This document shows, one piece after another, positions 29,754 to 40,156 of a DNA stretch of 64,000 bases; position 1 is the first letter of the stretch, and each line of letters begins with the position of its first letter. The stretch spans positions 287 through 64,286 of the forward strand of contig JBGAKY010000033.1 of assembly GCA_044224175.1 (NCBI GenBank), given 5' to 3'. The translations under genes and the position numbers were made by a program. The notes under the pieces were generated by a model. It saw only the letters and a program-made list of their open reading frames with translations, searched no databases and was not told where the DNA came from. The DNA is from Rubrivivax sp. Its GTDB lineage: Bacteria; Pseudomonadota; Gammaproteobacteria; Burkholderiales; Burkholderiaceae_C.

Positions 29754-32582
29754 GTGCACGAGGCGTTCCGCCTGCTGCCGCAAGACTGGACGCGCCTGCG
29801 TGCCTTGCTCGAGGAGGCGCTCGCGCTGCCGCCAGCCGGACGCGGCGCCTGGCTCGCGCGGCTGGACGCGGGGCGCGACGGCGCCCTCCGGCCGCAGCTG
29901 GCGTCGCTGCTGGCACATGCCGACGCAACAGGCGATGCGACCGTGGCGCGCCTGCTCGACACGCTTCCTGCGGTCGAGACGGGCGACTTCGCGACCCCGC
30001 CCGTCGCAGCCGCCGGCGAGACCATCGGCCCCTGGCACCTGCTGCGCGAACTGGGCAGCGGCGGCATGGCCAGCGTCTGGCTGGCCGAGCGCACCGACAT
30101 GCTGCAGCGCCGCCAGGTCGCGCTGAAGCTGCCGCTGGGCGCCTGGAAGCGCGCCGGGCTGGCCGAGCGCCTGGCGCGCGAGCGCGAGATCCTGGCCGCG
30201 CTCGAGCACCCGAACATCGCGCGCCTGTACGACGCCGGCGTCGCCGCCGACGGGCAGCCCTGGCTGGCGCTGGAGTACGTCGAAGGCGAACGCCTCGACG
30301 CATTCGCGCGCCGGCACGCGCTGGACCTGCCGGCGCGTGTGCGGCTCCTGCTGCAGGTGGCGCGCGCGGTAGCGCACGCGCACCAGCAGCTCGTGGTGCA
30401 CCGCGACCTGAAGCCGGACAACATCCTCGTCGGCGCCGGCGGCGTCGCCAAGCTGCTCGACTTCGGCATCGCGAAGCTGCTCGACGCCGGCCAGGCGTCC
30501 GAGACCGATCTCACGCAGCGCGCCGGCCGTGCCCTCACGCCGCGCTATGCGGCGCCGGAGCAGATTCTCGGCCGGCCGGTCGGCACCACGGCCGACGTCT
30601 ATTCGCTCGGCGTCGTGCTTTTCGAACTGCTTGCCGAACGCCACCCCTACCTGACCGCGCGCGAGACGCGCGCCGCACTCGAGGAGGCCGTGCTCGCCGG
30701 CCAGGTGGCGCGGCCGAGCGCAGTGGCGCCGCCCGAGCGCCGGCGGGCGCTGCGCGGCGACCTCGACAGCATCGTGCTGAAGGCGATGAAGGCCGAACCG
30801 CGCGAGCGCTACCCCAGCGCCGACGCACTGGCCGAGGACCTGCAGCGCTGGCTCGACGGCCGGCCGGTGCTGGCGCAGCCCGACACGCTGGGCTACCGTG
30901 CACGCCGCTTCGTCGGCCGCCACCGCCTGGCGGTCGGGGTGGGGTCCGGCGTTGCCGCCGCGCTGCTGGGGGCGCTGGCGCTGGTGCTGTGGCAGGCCCA
31001 GGTCGCGATCGAGGAGCGCCGGCGCGCGGAGGAGGTGAAGAACTTCATCGCGTCCGTGTTCCGGCGCGCCGACCCCTATGGCGGCGGGATCGCGACCACC
31101 ACCGCCGCCGACCTGCTGAAGGACGCCAGCCGCCGCATCGACGAGATCGCGCCGCAGCGTGTGGCCACCCGCGTCGAGCTCCTCACCCTGCTGGGCGACA
31201 CGCTGCTGCTGATGCAGGACACCGACGGCGGCGAGCCGGTCGTGCGGCGCGCGGTCGACGAGTCGATGCGCGCACTCGGGCCCGAGCACCCGCTGACCCT
31301 GCAGGCCAGGCTGCTCCACCTGCAGCTCCACCGCTGGCGCGGCCGCGCGGCCGAGATGCGCGCGGAGCTCGACGCCCTGTTGCCTGCACTGCGTCGCGCG
31401 GGCACGCCGAAGGACCTGGCCGTCGGGCTGCAGTACCAGGCCCATGCCGCGCTCGACGAGGGCCGCTTCGACGAAGCCGAGGCCGCCGCCGCCGAAGGCC
31501 TGGCGCTGGCGCGGCGCTCGCTCGGCGAGACGCACCACAGCACCGTCCAGCTGGCGATGATGGTGGCACAGACCTACCAGTACGGCGCTCCGCGCCCCGA
31601 GCTGGCGCTGCGCGCCGCGCAGGAGGCGATGGCGCTGGTGGAGCAGGTGCGCGCCGGCCAGATGCCGCACCCGCAGGCCACCGACATGCGCCACATCCTG
31701 GGCCGTGCCTACCAGGGGGCGGGGCAGGCGCTGCGCGCGGTCGCCGAACTCGAGCGTGCCGCTGCCGAGGCCGTGCAGCAGGTCGGTCCCACGGGCCGCA
31801 AGCTGGCCTTCATCCGCAGCAACCTGGCGCGCGCGCAGCGGCGTGCGGGTCTGCTGGAAGCGTCGCTGCGCAACACCGACGATGCGCTGGCGCTGTTCAG
31901 CTCCCAGTTCGCGCCCGGGTCGACGCAGCCGGCGCTGGCGCTGGCCAGCCGGGGCGCCACCCGGCTGGCGATGCGTGACGCCGACGCCGCGGCGCACGAC
32001 CTCGACCAGGCCGCAGGCTGGCTGGCGAAGGCACAGGGCGAGCGGCATGCGAACACGGTGACCGCACGCCTTCAGCAAGGCCAGGCGCTGGCGCTGGCCG
32101 GCGACGCCGCCGCGGCGCTGGCGCTGCTGGCCACGCTCGAGGACCCGGCACTGGCGCCGCACCTGCGCGCCGCGCTGCTGCACGCGCGCGGGGTGGCGCA
32201 ACGGCTCGCCGGCGACCCCCTGGCGGCCGCGGCCACGCAGGAGGCAGCGCTCGCGCTGCGGGAGAGCGGGCCGGCGGCCGCGATCGACCGCGCCCACGCG
32301 CGGACCGAGATCGCGCTTGCGCAGCTCGAGCTCGGCCAGCCGGCGGCAGCGCTGGCGCTGGCCGACCAGGTGCTGGCCGACTACGCAGCGCTGCAGGGCG
32401 AACCGACGCCGGCGCACGCCGACGCCCAGCTGGCACGCGGCCGTGCGCTGCTGGCGCTGGGCCGGACGGCCGAGTCGAAGCCGGCGCTGGAGGCGGCCGC
32501 CGCCTACTGGCGCGAGGCACGCCCCGCCAGCCCCTGGGCCGCGGAGGCCGGCCGCTGGCTGGCGGCGGCCGCCAAGTCCTAG
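29754..32582 (+). CDS. Hanks-type Ser/Thr kinase 1 with TM helix and TPR-like extracytoplasmic region
   Basis: LGSGGMASV, VALK, HRDLKPDN, DFGIAK, TPRYAAPEQ; TM LAVGVGSGVAAALLGALALVLW. Confidence 0.93.
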   Translation: MHEAFRLLPQDWTRLRALLEEALALPPAGRGAWLARLDAGRDGALRPQLASLLAHADATGDATVARLLDTLPAVETGDFATPPVAAAGETIGPWHLLRELGSGGMASVWLAERTDMLQRRQVALKLPLGAWKRAGLAERLAREREILAALEHPNIARLYDAGVAADGQPWLALEYVEGERLDAFARRHALDLPARVRLLLQVARAVAHAHQQLVVHRDLKPDNILVGAGGVAKLLDFGIAKLLDAGQASETDLTQRAGRALTPRYAAPEQILGRPVGTTADVYSLGVVLFELLAERHPYLTARETRAALEEAVLAGQVARPSAVAPPERRRALRGDLDSIVLKAMKAEPRERYPSADALAEDLQRWLDGRPVLAQPDTLGYRARRFVGRHRLAVGVGSGVAAALLGALALVLWQAQVAIEERRRAEEVKNFIASVFRRADPYGGGIATTTAADLLKDASRRIDEIAPQRVATRVELLTLLGDTLLLMQDTDGGEPVVRRAVDESMRALGPEHPLTLQARLLHLQLHRWRGRAAEMRAELDALLPALRRAGTPKDLAVGLQYQAHAALDEGRFDEAEAAAAEGLALARRSLGETHHSTVQLAMMVAQTYQYGAPRPELALRAAQEAMALVEQVRAGQMPHPQATDMRHILGRAYQGAGQALRAVAELERAAAEAVQQVGPTGRKLAFIRSNLARAQRRAGLLEASLRNTDDALALFSSQFAPGSTQPALALASRGATRLAMRDADAAAHDLDQAAGWLAKAQGERHANTVTARLQQGQALALAGDAAAALALLATLEDPALAPHLRAALLHARGVAQRLAGDPLAAAATQEAALALRESGPAAAIDRAHARTEIALAQLELGQPAAALALADQVLADYAALQGEPTPAHADAQLARGRALLALGRTAESKPALEAAAAYWREARPASPWAAEAGRWLAAAAKS

Positions 32583-32671
32583 GGGGTGCCGGCCGGCGAT
32601 GTCCGGCCCGCCGCGAAGGGCTCGTTCCACCAGGCAAGGGCATCTGCCTGCCCGCCCACGAGGAGCGAACC

Positions 32672-35548
32672 TTGCACGACGACCCACACCCCGGCCCGGC
32701 CCGCGGCCGCTTCCGCGTACTGGCCGCCACCATGCTGCTGCTGCTGCTCGCCGCCTGCGGCGGCGGCGGCACCGAGGAACCGCCGCTCGAACGTACGAGC
32801 GTCAAGCGCAGCTGGCAGCTCGACGAGATCCGCGGCGACTCGCGGGCGCCGAACGGCGACCCGCTGAACGCCGACCGCCAGGAGACGATGGAGCCGCTGC
32901 TCAAGGTCTTCCTGCTCGGCGGCCTGCCCTTCGTGCCGCCCGAGTACACCGAGAACAGCACCGCCGAGGTCGGCGTCTTCGCCAACTCGACCGGCATGAC
33001 CTTCGCAGCCTACGCCGAGGCGCCGGGCGCCGTGCTGGGCACCGACGACGCCGTCGGCAGCAAGGCGCACTTCGAGCAGGTGCAGGGCTACCGCAAGCTC
33101 GCCGACGACGCGACGCTCGAGTACGTGGTCAGCGAGGTCGTGCTCGACGTCATCGACGACAACGGCCAGTCGCTCACGCTGAAGGAATGCCCCTGGGGCG
33201 ACAGCTTCACGGCGGTGGACTGCGGCAGCGTGATGCGGGCCTTCACCGAATACACGATCAGGGCCTGGGCCGACCTGGACCGCAGCGGCGACAGCTACGA
33301 GGTGGAGATCCTGCACGTGGACGGCGAGGCCGAAATTACCGGCTGGCGGCAGCTCGGCTTCACGGTCAGCGCCGATCCTTCATGGGGCGAGGCCCTGTGG
33401 AGCCTGGCCAATTTCGACCTCCTGGAAGACAAATTCGAGGACGGCAGCCAGCGCCGCGCGCGCCTGAAGCTGCGCGAGCCCATCGTCGTGCGCGTGCCGC
33501 TGGACCGCGTGCCTTTGCGCGGCAACTTCGTCGTCCAGACCTTCGTCGACGCGCTCGCCTTCAACCACCGGCAACGCGAGTCCTACGTCAGCACCTACCT
33601 GCGCGACCCCGCGATGATGGCCGGCATGCCCGGCGTGCAGGTGCGCATGACCGGCGTCGAGCCGGCGCCGATCCTCGGCGACGTGGTGCCGGAGAACGCC
33701 GACGACACGCCGGCCTGCCCCGCGGGCCCGCTGCCTGAAGCCGGCACGCTGGCCTTCGAGTCCCTGGCCTACGACGAGCGCGAACTGCCCGGCGGCGGCG
33801 CGCGCATCGCCGTCGTGCGCAGCGGGGGCACCAGCGGCCCGGCGAGCGTGCGCCTGCGCACCGGCAGCGGCAGCGCGACGCCGGCCTTCGACTATGCGGC
33901 GGTCGACCGCCGGCTCGTCTTCCGCGAAGGCGAGACGCGGCGCGTGGTGCGCATCCCCATCCTGCTCGACGGCACCGAAGAGCCGGCCGAGACGGTGCCG
34001 CTCAGCCTGAGCGAAGTGCGCGGCTGCGCCAGCCTGGGCCTGGCCGAGGCGACGCTGACCATCCTCGACGACGACCGCCCGCCGGCGCCGCCGCTGCCTT
34101 CGTACCGCGTCGGCGGCACCGTCACCGGTCTGGCCGGCAGCGGCCTGGTGCTGGAAGACCGCCTGCGTTCGATCACGCTGCCGGTGGCAGCCAACGGCAG
34201 CTTCTTCTTCGGCAGCGCCTACCTCGCCGGCACCGCCTACGACGTTCAGGTGCGCACGCCGCCCAGCGGCCCCTTGCAGGTGTGCACGGTGACGAAAGGC
34301 AGCGGCACCGTGGCCGCCGAGGTGAATGACATCGCCGTCGACTGCGTGACGCCGCGCCCGCCCCTGGGCCTGGATCCCACCTTCGGCGGCGGCAGCGGTA
34401 CCGTGACCAGTGGCCCGCGCGGCGCGGTCAAGGCGCTGGCGCTGCAGCCCGACGGGCGCATCGTCGCCGCCATCGGCAACGCGGTGGCGCGCTACCGGTC
34501 CGACGGCACGCTGGACACCAGCTTCGGCAGCGGCGGCAGCGTGGCCGACGTGCTGGGGCCGACGACCGCCGGCGCCGAGATCCTGGACCTGGCCTTGCAG
34601 CCCGACGGCCGCATCGTCGTGGCGGGCACCGCGCGCGGGAACTCGGTCAGCACGCTGGCCTACGACTTCGCGGCAGCGCGGCTGAACGCCGACGGCAGCC
34701 GCGACGCGGGCTTCAACGGCGGCCTGCCGCTGCAGGTGGACTGGATCGGCGCCCCCGACCGCGCCACGCGCGTGCTGCTGCAGCCCGACGGGCGCATCGT
34801 GCTCACCGGTACCGCGACCACCGTCTACACCCCTGCCACCGACGACGCCGCCTTCGCTGCCGTGCGTCTGATGGCCGACGGCACGCTGGACACCGGCTTC
34901 GGGGCGGGCGGGCGCGCAGTGGGCGAGATCGGCCAGCTCGACTTCGGCCAGGCCGCGGTGCTGCAGCCCGACGGGCGCATCGTCGTCGCCGGCCGCACCA
35001 GCCTGAACCGCGGCGACGACCCCCGCTTCGGCGCCGTGCGATTCCTGCCCGACGGCACGCTGGACCCCGCCTTCGGCAGCGGCGGCAAGGTCTTCGTGCC
35101 CGAACTCGGCGAAGCCACCGCGATGGCGCGCCAACCCGACGGCAAGCTCGTGTTCGCGGTCGCGCAGAGCGTGGGCGGCGACTACGGGTTCGGCGTCGTG
35201 CGGCTGCGCGCCGACGGCGGCGCCGACACCGGCTTCGGCACCGGCGGGCTGGCCACGCGCCAGATCGGCACCGGCCCCGACACGCCGGCCGCGCTGGCGC
35301 TGCAGGACGATGGCGGCATCGTGCTTGCGGGACTGTGGCTGTCGACCACGACCTCGTACGACTTCGTCGTCACGCGCTTCGGGCCCGACGGCACGCCCGA
35401 CCCGGTGTTTTCGTTCGTGTTCGACTTCTTCGCCGCCCGCGACGGCGCGCAGGCGGTGCTGGTGCAGCCCGACGGCAAGGTGCTGGCGGGGGGCCAGGCG
35501 GGCAGCGGGCTGAGCGCGTTCCCGATGCTGCTGCGCCTGAACCCCTGA
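32672..35548 (+). CDS. Large lipoprotein: unknown N-domain, Calx-beta domain, Ig-like linker, delta-60-type beta-propeller
   Basis: Lipobox LLAACGGGG; Calx-beta (VVRSGGTSGPASV..GSATPAFDY..LVFREGET..IPILLDGTEEPAETV.LSL); seven LQPDG(R/K)IV-type repeats. Confidence 0.8.
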   Translation: MHDDPHPGPARGRFRVLAATMLLLLLAACGGGGTEEPPLERTSVKRSWQLDEIRGDSRAPNGDPLNADRQETMEPLLKVFLLGGLPFVPPEYTENSTAEVGVFANSTGMTFAAYAEAPGAVLGTDDAVGSKAHFEQVQGYRKLADDATLEYVVSEVVLDVIDDNGQSLTLKECPWGDSFTAVDCGSVMRAFTEYTIRAWADLDRSGDSYEVEILHVDGEAEITGWRQLGFTVSADPSWGEALWSLANFDLLEDKFEDGSQRRARLKLREPIVVRVPLDRVPLRGNFVVQTFVDALAFNHRQRESYVSTYLRDPAMMAGMPGVQVRMTGVEPAPILGDVVPENADDTPACPAGPLPEAGTLAFESLAYDERELPGGGARIAVVRSGGTSGPASVRLRTGSGSATPAFDYAAVDRRLVFREGETRRVVRIPILLDGTEEPAETVPLSLSEVRGCASLGLAEATLTILDDDRPPAPPLPSYRVGGTVTGLAGSGLVLEDRLRSITLPVAANGSFFFGSAYLAGTAYDVQVRTPPSGPLQVCTVTKGSGTVAAEVNDIAVDCVTPRPPLGLDPTFGGGSGTVTSGPRGAVKALALQPDGRIVAAIGNAVARYRSDGTLDTSFGSGGSVADVLGPTTAGAEILDLALQPDGRIVVAGTARGNSVSTLAYDFAAARLNADGSRDAGFNGGLPLQVDWIGAPDRATRVLLQPDGRIVLTGTATTVYTPATDDAAFAAVRLMADGTLDTGFGAGGRAVGEIGQLDFGQAAVLQPDGRIVVAGRTSLNRGDDPRFGAVRFLPDGTLDPAFGSGGKVFVPELGEATAMARQPDGKLVFAVAQSVGGDYGFGVVRLRADGGADTGFGTGGLATRQIGTGPDTPAALALQDDGGIVLAGLWLSTTTSYDFVVTRFGPDGTPDPVFSFVFDFFAARDGAQAVLVQPDGKVLAGGQAGSGLSAFPMLLRLNP
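34430..35490 (+). repeat. Seven intragenic delta-60-like repeats (QPDGRIV..G..LD..FG.GG)
   Basis: Recurring CTGCAGCCCGACGG(G/C)CGCATCGT at ~34442, 34595, 34778, 34961, with degenerate copies at ~35131, 35300, 35460. Confidence 0.8.
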
Positions 35549-35663
35549 TGGACGGCAGCCTGGCCGATCGGTCCGGGCGGACGCGCCACGCCGTGCACGG
35601 GCTGCCGCGGGACACTAGCATCGCGCGTGGCCCGCGTGGCCCATCTGCAGACGGGAGGCGGCG

Positions 35664-38406
35664 ATGAGCGAGGTCTTCAGGCTCGCCCCGCACGAATGGG
35701 CGCAACTGCGCCTGCTGCTCGACGAAGCGCTGGCGCTGCCCGTGCCGGAGCGCCAGGCGTGGCTGCGGGCCCTGCCCGTCGACAGGGCCGGGGCGCTGAG
35801 GCCGCATCTCGCTTCGATGCTGGCCACCGCCGCCGCGGCCGCCGGGTCGGATGCGCCGGCCACGGCGGCGCGCCTGCTCGACACCCTGCCGAAGGTGGAG
35901 ACGGCGCAGTTCGCGCCACCGCCCGGCAGCGGCGAGCAGGTCGGCGACAGCGCCGGCCCCTACCGCCTGCTGCGCGAACTGGGCAGCGGCGGCATGGGCA
36001 GCGTCTGGCTGGCCGAGCGCACCGACGTGCTGCAGGGCCGCCAGGTGGCGCTGAAGCTGCCGCACGGCGCCTGGAAGCGCGCCGGGCTGGCCGAACGGCT
36101 GGCGCGCGAGCGTGCGATCCTGGCGACGCTGGAGCACCCCAACATCGCCCGCCTGTACGACGCCGGCGTTACCCCCGACGGCCGGCCCTGGCTGGCGCTG
36201 GAGTACGTGGACGGCGAGCGCATCGACACCTGGTGCCAGGGGCGGCAGCTGCCGCTGAGCGCGCGCGTGGCGCTCTTCCTGCAGGTGGCCCGGGCGGTGG
36301 CCTACGCGCACGCGCAGCTCGTCGTGCACCGCGACCTGAAGCCGGCGAACATCCTCGTCACAGGGGCCGGCGAAGTGAAACTGCTCGACTTCGGCATCGC
36401 CAAGCTGGCGGCCGAGGGCGTGGCCGAGGAAACCGAGCTCACGCGCGAAGCCGGGCGCGCCTTCACGCCCGAATACGCCAGCCCGGAGCAGATCCTGGGC
36501 CGGCCGCTGGGCACGGCGAGCGACGTCTATTCGCTCGGCGTGGTGCTGTTCGAGCTGCTGGCCGGCGTGCGGCCGTACCGGCTGCAGCGCCACTCGCGCG
36601 CCGCGCTCGAGGAGGCGGTGGCGGCGGCCGAGGTGCCGCGGCCGAGCTCGCTGGCGCCGGCCGAGCGGCGGGCGGCGATCCGCGGCGACCTCGACACCAT
36701 CGTGCTGAAGGCGCTCAGGCGCGAGCCGGCCGGGCGCTACGCCACCGTGGCCGCGCTGGCCGACGACCTGCAGCGCCACCTGGACCAGCGGCCGGTGCTC
36801 GCGCAGCCCGACAGCGCCTGGTACCGGCTGCGCAAGTTCGGGCGCCGCAACCGGCTGGCGGTGCTGGCCGGCACGGTGGCGGCCGCAGGCCTGCTGGCGG
36901 GCTCCGGGGTGGCCGTCTGGCAGGCCGTGCAGGCGCGGACCGAACGTGACCAGGCCCTGCTGCAGCAGCGGCGCGCGTCGAGCTTCGCCGAGTTCATGCG
37001 CATGCTGCTGCAGGACGCGGGACGTCCCGACCAGCCGCTGACCCCGGCCCAGATGCTGGACCGCGGCGTCGCGATGCTGGAGCGGCGGGCCCAGCACGAC
37101 GACGCGCTCGCCGCCCACATGTGGCACGAACTGTCGCGCAACTACCTGCTGTTCCAGAACACCGAACGCGAGCTGGCGCTGCTGGAGCGCAGCGTGGCGG
37201 CGGCGCAGCGCATCGGCGACTTCGACCAGCTCGCCGCCGGCCAGTGCTCGATCGCCTGGTCGCTGCTCATGCGCGACCGCGCCGCCGCGCTGGCACGGCT
37301 GCAGGCCGGCCGCGACGCACTGCAACAGTCCGGCCGTCCGACCGACATGGCACGCCTGAACTGCGCGCGCGCCGAATCGCGCCGGCTTCAGTTCGAAGCC
37401 CGGATGCCGGAGGCGATCGCGCTGCTCGAAGCCGAGCGCGAACGCGCGCAGCAGCGCGGCGACACGCTGCTCTGGGACGGCCTGCTGCGGGCTTCGCTGA
37501 TCGACCTCTACCTCGTCGCCGACCGCGCCGGCGACGCGCTGCCGCTGGCCGAGGCCGCGCTGAAGGAGCTGCGCGATGCCGGGCGCCAGGGTTCGCTGGC
37601 CGAGCTGGTCGGCATCAGCGCACTCAGCGGCACCTACATGCGGCTGGGCGAGCACCGCAGGGCGGCCGAGGTCAGCGCCGAACTCGTCGCCTGGATCCGG
37701 CGGCCGGGCATGCTGGAAACGGCGCCGATGGGGCTGCTCACCTGGGCGGCGGCGCCGCTGCTGCGCCTGGGGCGGCACGCCGAGGCGCTGGAACTCACCG
37801 AGCTGGACGGCCCGATGGTGCTGAAGTCGGGCAACCCCAGCACGATCGGCCTGCGCCACCTGGCGCGCGCGCGCGCCCTCACCGGCCTCGGGCAGCTGGA
37901 CGCCGCCGGCGGCGAGCTGGACCTGGCAGAGGCGCAGTGGTCGGTGGCCAACCGCGGCCATGCGCGTTTCCTGCAGGAAGCGGCGATGGACCGGGCCGAA
38001 CTGCAGCTGCTGCGCGGCGACGTCGCCGGCGCGCGCGCGCTTCTGGGCGCCGTGCTCGCCGGGCTGGGCTACCCGGGCTCGACCGCGGCACCGGGCATCG
38101 ACCGCCTGCTGCGCCTGGCCGCGCGCATCGAGCTGGCGGCCGCCCGGCCGGCCCTGGCGGCGCCGTTCGCGGCCGACGCCCTGGCCGCCGCACGCCGCCA
38201 GGCGCGCGGCGACGACAGCAGCGCCGACGTCGGCCTGGCACGCCTGCTGCGCGCCGAGGCCCTGGTCCTGATGGGCCGTCCGGCCGACGCGCTGCAGGAG
38301 GCGCGCCGCCGGGCCGGCGCTGCGGAGCGGACTCGGCGAATCGCACGCCGACAGCCGACGCGTGCAGGCGCTGGTCGCCCGGCTGGCGGCCGCGGGGCCG
38401 ACATGA
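35664..38406 (+). CDS. Hanks-type Ser/Thr kinase 2 with TM helix and TPR-like region; one frameshift near 38310
   Basis: LGSGGMGSV, HRDLKPAN, DFGIAK, TPEYASPEQ. An alternate frame gives the TPR-style end LRSGLGESHADSRRVQALVARLAAAGPT-TGA at 38404-38406. Confidence 0.88.
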
Positions 38407-38873
38407 GCGCATCCCGCCTGCGCATCGAACCCTGGCCGACCATCCGCGCCACCTGGCCTTCGTCGCCGACCTGGTGTTCGGCGAGTTCTGGGTCGGCGTG
38501 AAAGGCGGAGCTGACGCGCGAGTACCTGGAACGCGCGTTCGGCGGCCGCGCCGAGCCCGGGCGCGTGCTCGCCAGCCTGCTGGCGCTGGAAGGCGACCGG
38601 CCCCTGGGCTGCGTGCACCTGATCGACAACGACGACCCCGGCCAGCCGGAGCTGTACCCCTGGCTGGCGGCGATGGTGGTGGTGCCGGAACGCCGTGGCC
38701 AGGGCATCGGCTCCATGCTGGTGCGCGCGCTGCTGGCCGAGGCGCGTGCGCGCGGCTTCGCGAGCCTGTGGCTGGGCACCGACGGACCCGGCTTCTACGA
38801 ACGGCTGGGCGCCCGGCGTCACCGCGAGTGGGACCAAGGCTTCTTCACGCTGCGCTTCGACCTGCAGGATTGA
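38403..38873 (+). CDS. GNAT N-acetyltransferase, frameshifted 5' part
   Basis: ATG 38403 overlaps the kinase stop (ATGA). Segments LADHPRHLAFVADLVFGEFW and PWLAAMVVVPERRGQGIG..GFYERLG lie in different frames. Confidence 0.8.
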
Positions 38874-38939
38874 GCCGCCGTACCCCGGCCGTTCCTGCCG
38901 GGGGGCACAATCGGCCACACCAGGAGGTGCCCCCCAACC

Positions 38940-40154
38940 ATGTCTTCCGGCAAGATCCTCGTCGCCCAGGGCGGCGGCCCCACCGCGGTGATCAACCAGT
39001 CGCTCGTCGGCGTCGTGCTGGAAGCGCGCCGCCACCGGGGCGTGAACCTCGTCTACGGCGCCCACCACGGCGTGCGCGGCATCGTCAACGAGGACTTCAT
39101 CGACCTCACGCGCGAGACCAGCCACAACCTGGAACACGTGGCCGGCACGCCCAGTTCGGCGCTGGGCAGCACGCGCGACAAGCCCGACCTGGCCTACTGC
39201 CAGGAGATCTTCAAGGTGCTGCAGGCGCACCAGATCGAGCATTTCTTCTACATCGGCGGCAACGACTCGTCGGACACGGTGCGCATCGTCAGCGAGGAAG
39301 CGCACAAGGCGAACTACCCGCTGCGATCGATCCACATCCCGAAGACGATCGACAACGACCTGGTCGGCAACGACCACACACCCGGCTTCCCCAGCGCGGC
39401 GCGTTTCGTGGCCCAGGCCTTCGCCGGCGCGAACCTGGACAACGCCTCGTTGCCCGGCGTCTACGTGGGCGTGGTGATGGGCCGCCATGCCGGCTTCCTG
39501 ACCGCGGCCAGCGCCCTGGGCAAGAAGTTCCCCGACGACGGCCCGCACCTGATCTACCTGCCCGAGCGCACCTTCGAGATCGACCGCTTCCTGGCCGACG
39601 TGAAGGCGGCGTACGACAAGCACGGCCGCTGCGTCATCGCCGTCAGCGAAGGCATCCACGACGCCAGCGGCCAGCCCATCGCGGCGCAGCTGGCCAAGGA
39701 CCTGGAACGCGACGCGCACGGCAACGTGCAGCTCTCGGGCAACGGCGCGCTGGCCGACCTGCTGTGCGAAGAGGTCAAGAGCAAGCTCAAGATCAAGCGC
39801 GTGCGCGGCGACACCTTCGGCTACCTGCAGCGCAGCTTCATCGGCTGCGTCTCCGACGTCGACCAGCGCGAAGCGCGCGAGGTGGGCGAAAAGGCGGTGC
39901 AGTTCGCGATGTGGGGCGACCGCGACGGCTCGGTGGCCATCAGGCGCACCGGTTTCTATTCGGTCGACTACGACCTGCAGCCGCTGGAGAACGTGGCCGC
40001 GAAGACGCGCACGATGGAAGACGAGTTCATCAACGCCGCCGGCACCGACGTCACCGACGCCTTCCGCCTGTACCTGCGGCCGCTGCTGGGTTCCGGCATG
40101 CCCGACGCCTACCGCCTGCGACCGAACCCGGTGCCCAAGGTGCTGAAGCGCTGA
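38940..40154 (+). CDS. pfp: Pyrophosphate-dependent 6-phosphofructokinase
   Basis: QGGGPTAVIN, GGNDS (Asp at the position equivalent to E. coli PfkA 104), PKTIDND (Lys at 124), MGRHAG, GYLQRS. Confidence 0.88.
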   Translation: MSSGKILVAQGGGPTAVINQSLVGVVLEARRHRGVNLVYGAHHGVRGIVNEDFIDLTRETSHNLEHVAGTPSSALGSTRDKPDLAYCQEIFKVLQAHQIEHFFYIGGNDSSDTVRIVSEEAHKANYPLRSIHIPKTIDNDLVGNDHTPGFPSAARFVAQAFAGANLDNASLPGVYVGVVMGRHAGFLTAASALGKKFPDDGPHLIYLPERTFEIDRFLADVKAAYDKHGRCVIAVSEGIHDASGQPIAAQLAKDLERDAHGNVQLSGNGALADLLCEEVKSKLKIKRVRGDTFGYLQRSFIGCVSDVDQREAREVGEKAVQFAMWGDRDGSVAIRRTGFYSVDYDLQPLENVAAKTRTMEDEFINAAGTDVTDAFRLYLRPLLGSGMPDAYRLRPNPVPKVLKR

Positions 40155-40156
40155 CG

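Noticed and set aside
34430-35490. Regularly spaced DNA repeats as a possible CRISPR or DGR array
   Set aside because: They are degenerate in-frame codon repeats of propeller blades; there are no identical repeat-spacer units and no cas or reverse transcriptase gene.
38300-38520. Kinase-GNAT fusion or programmed frameshift
   Set aside because: An alternate frame gives a natural kinase end with an ATGA overlap, and there is no slippery heptamer; indel errors explain it more simply.
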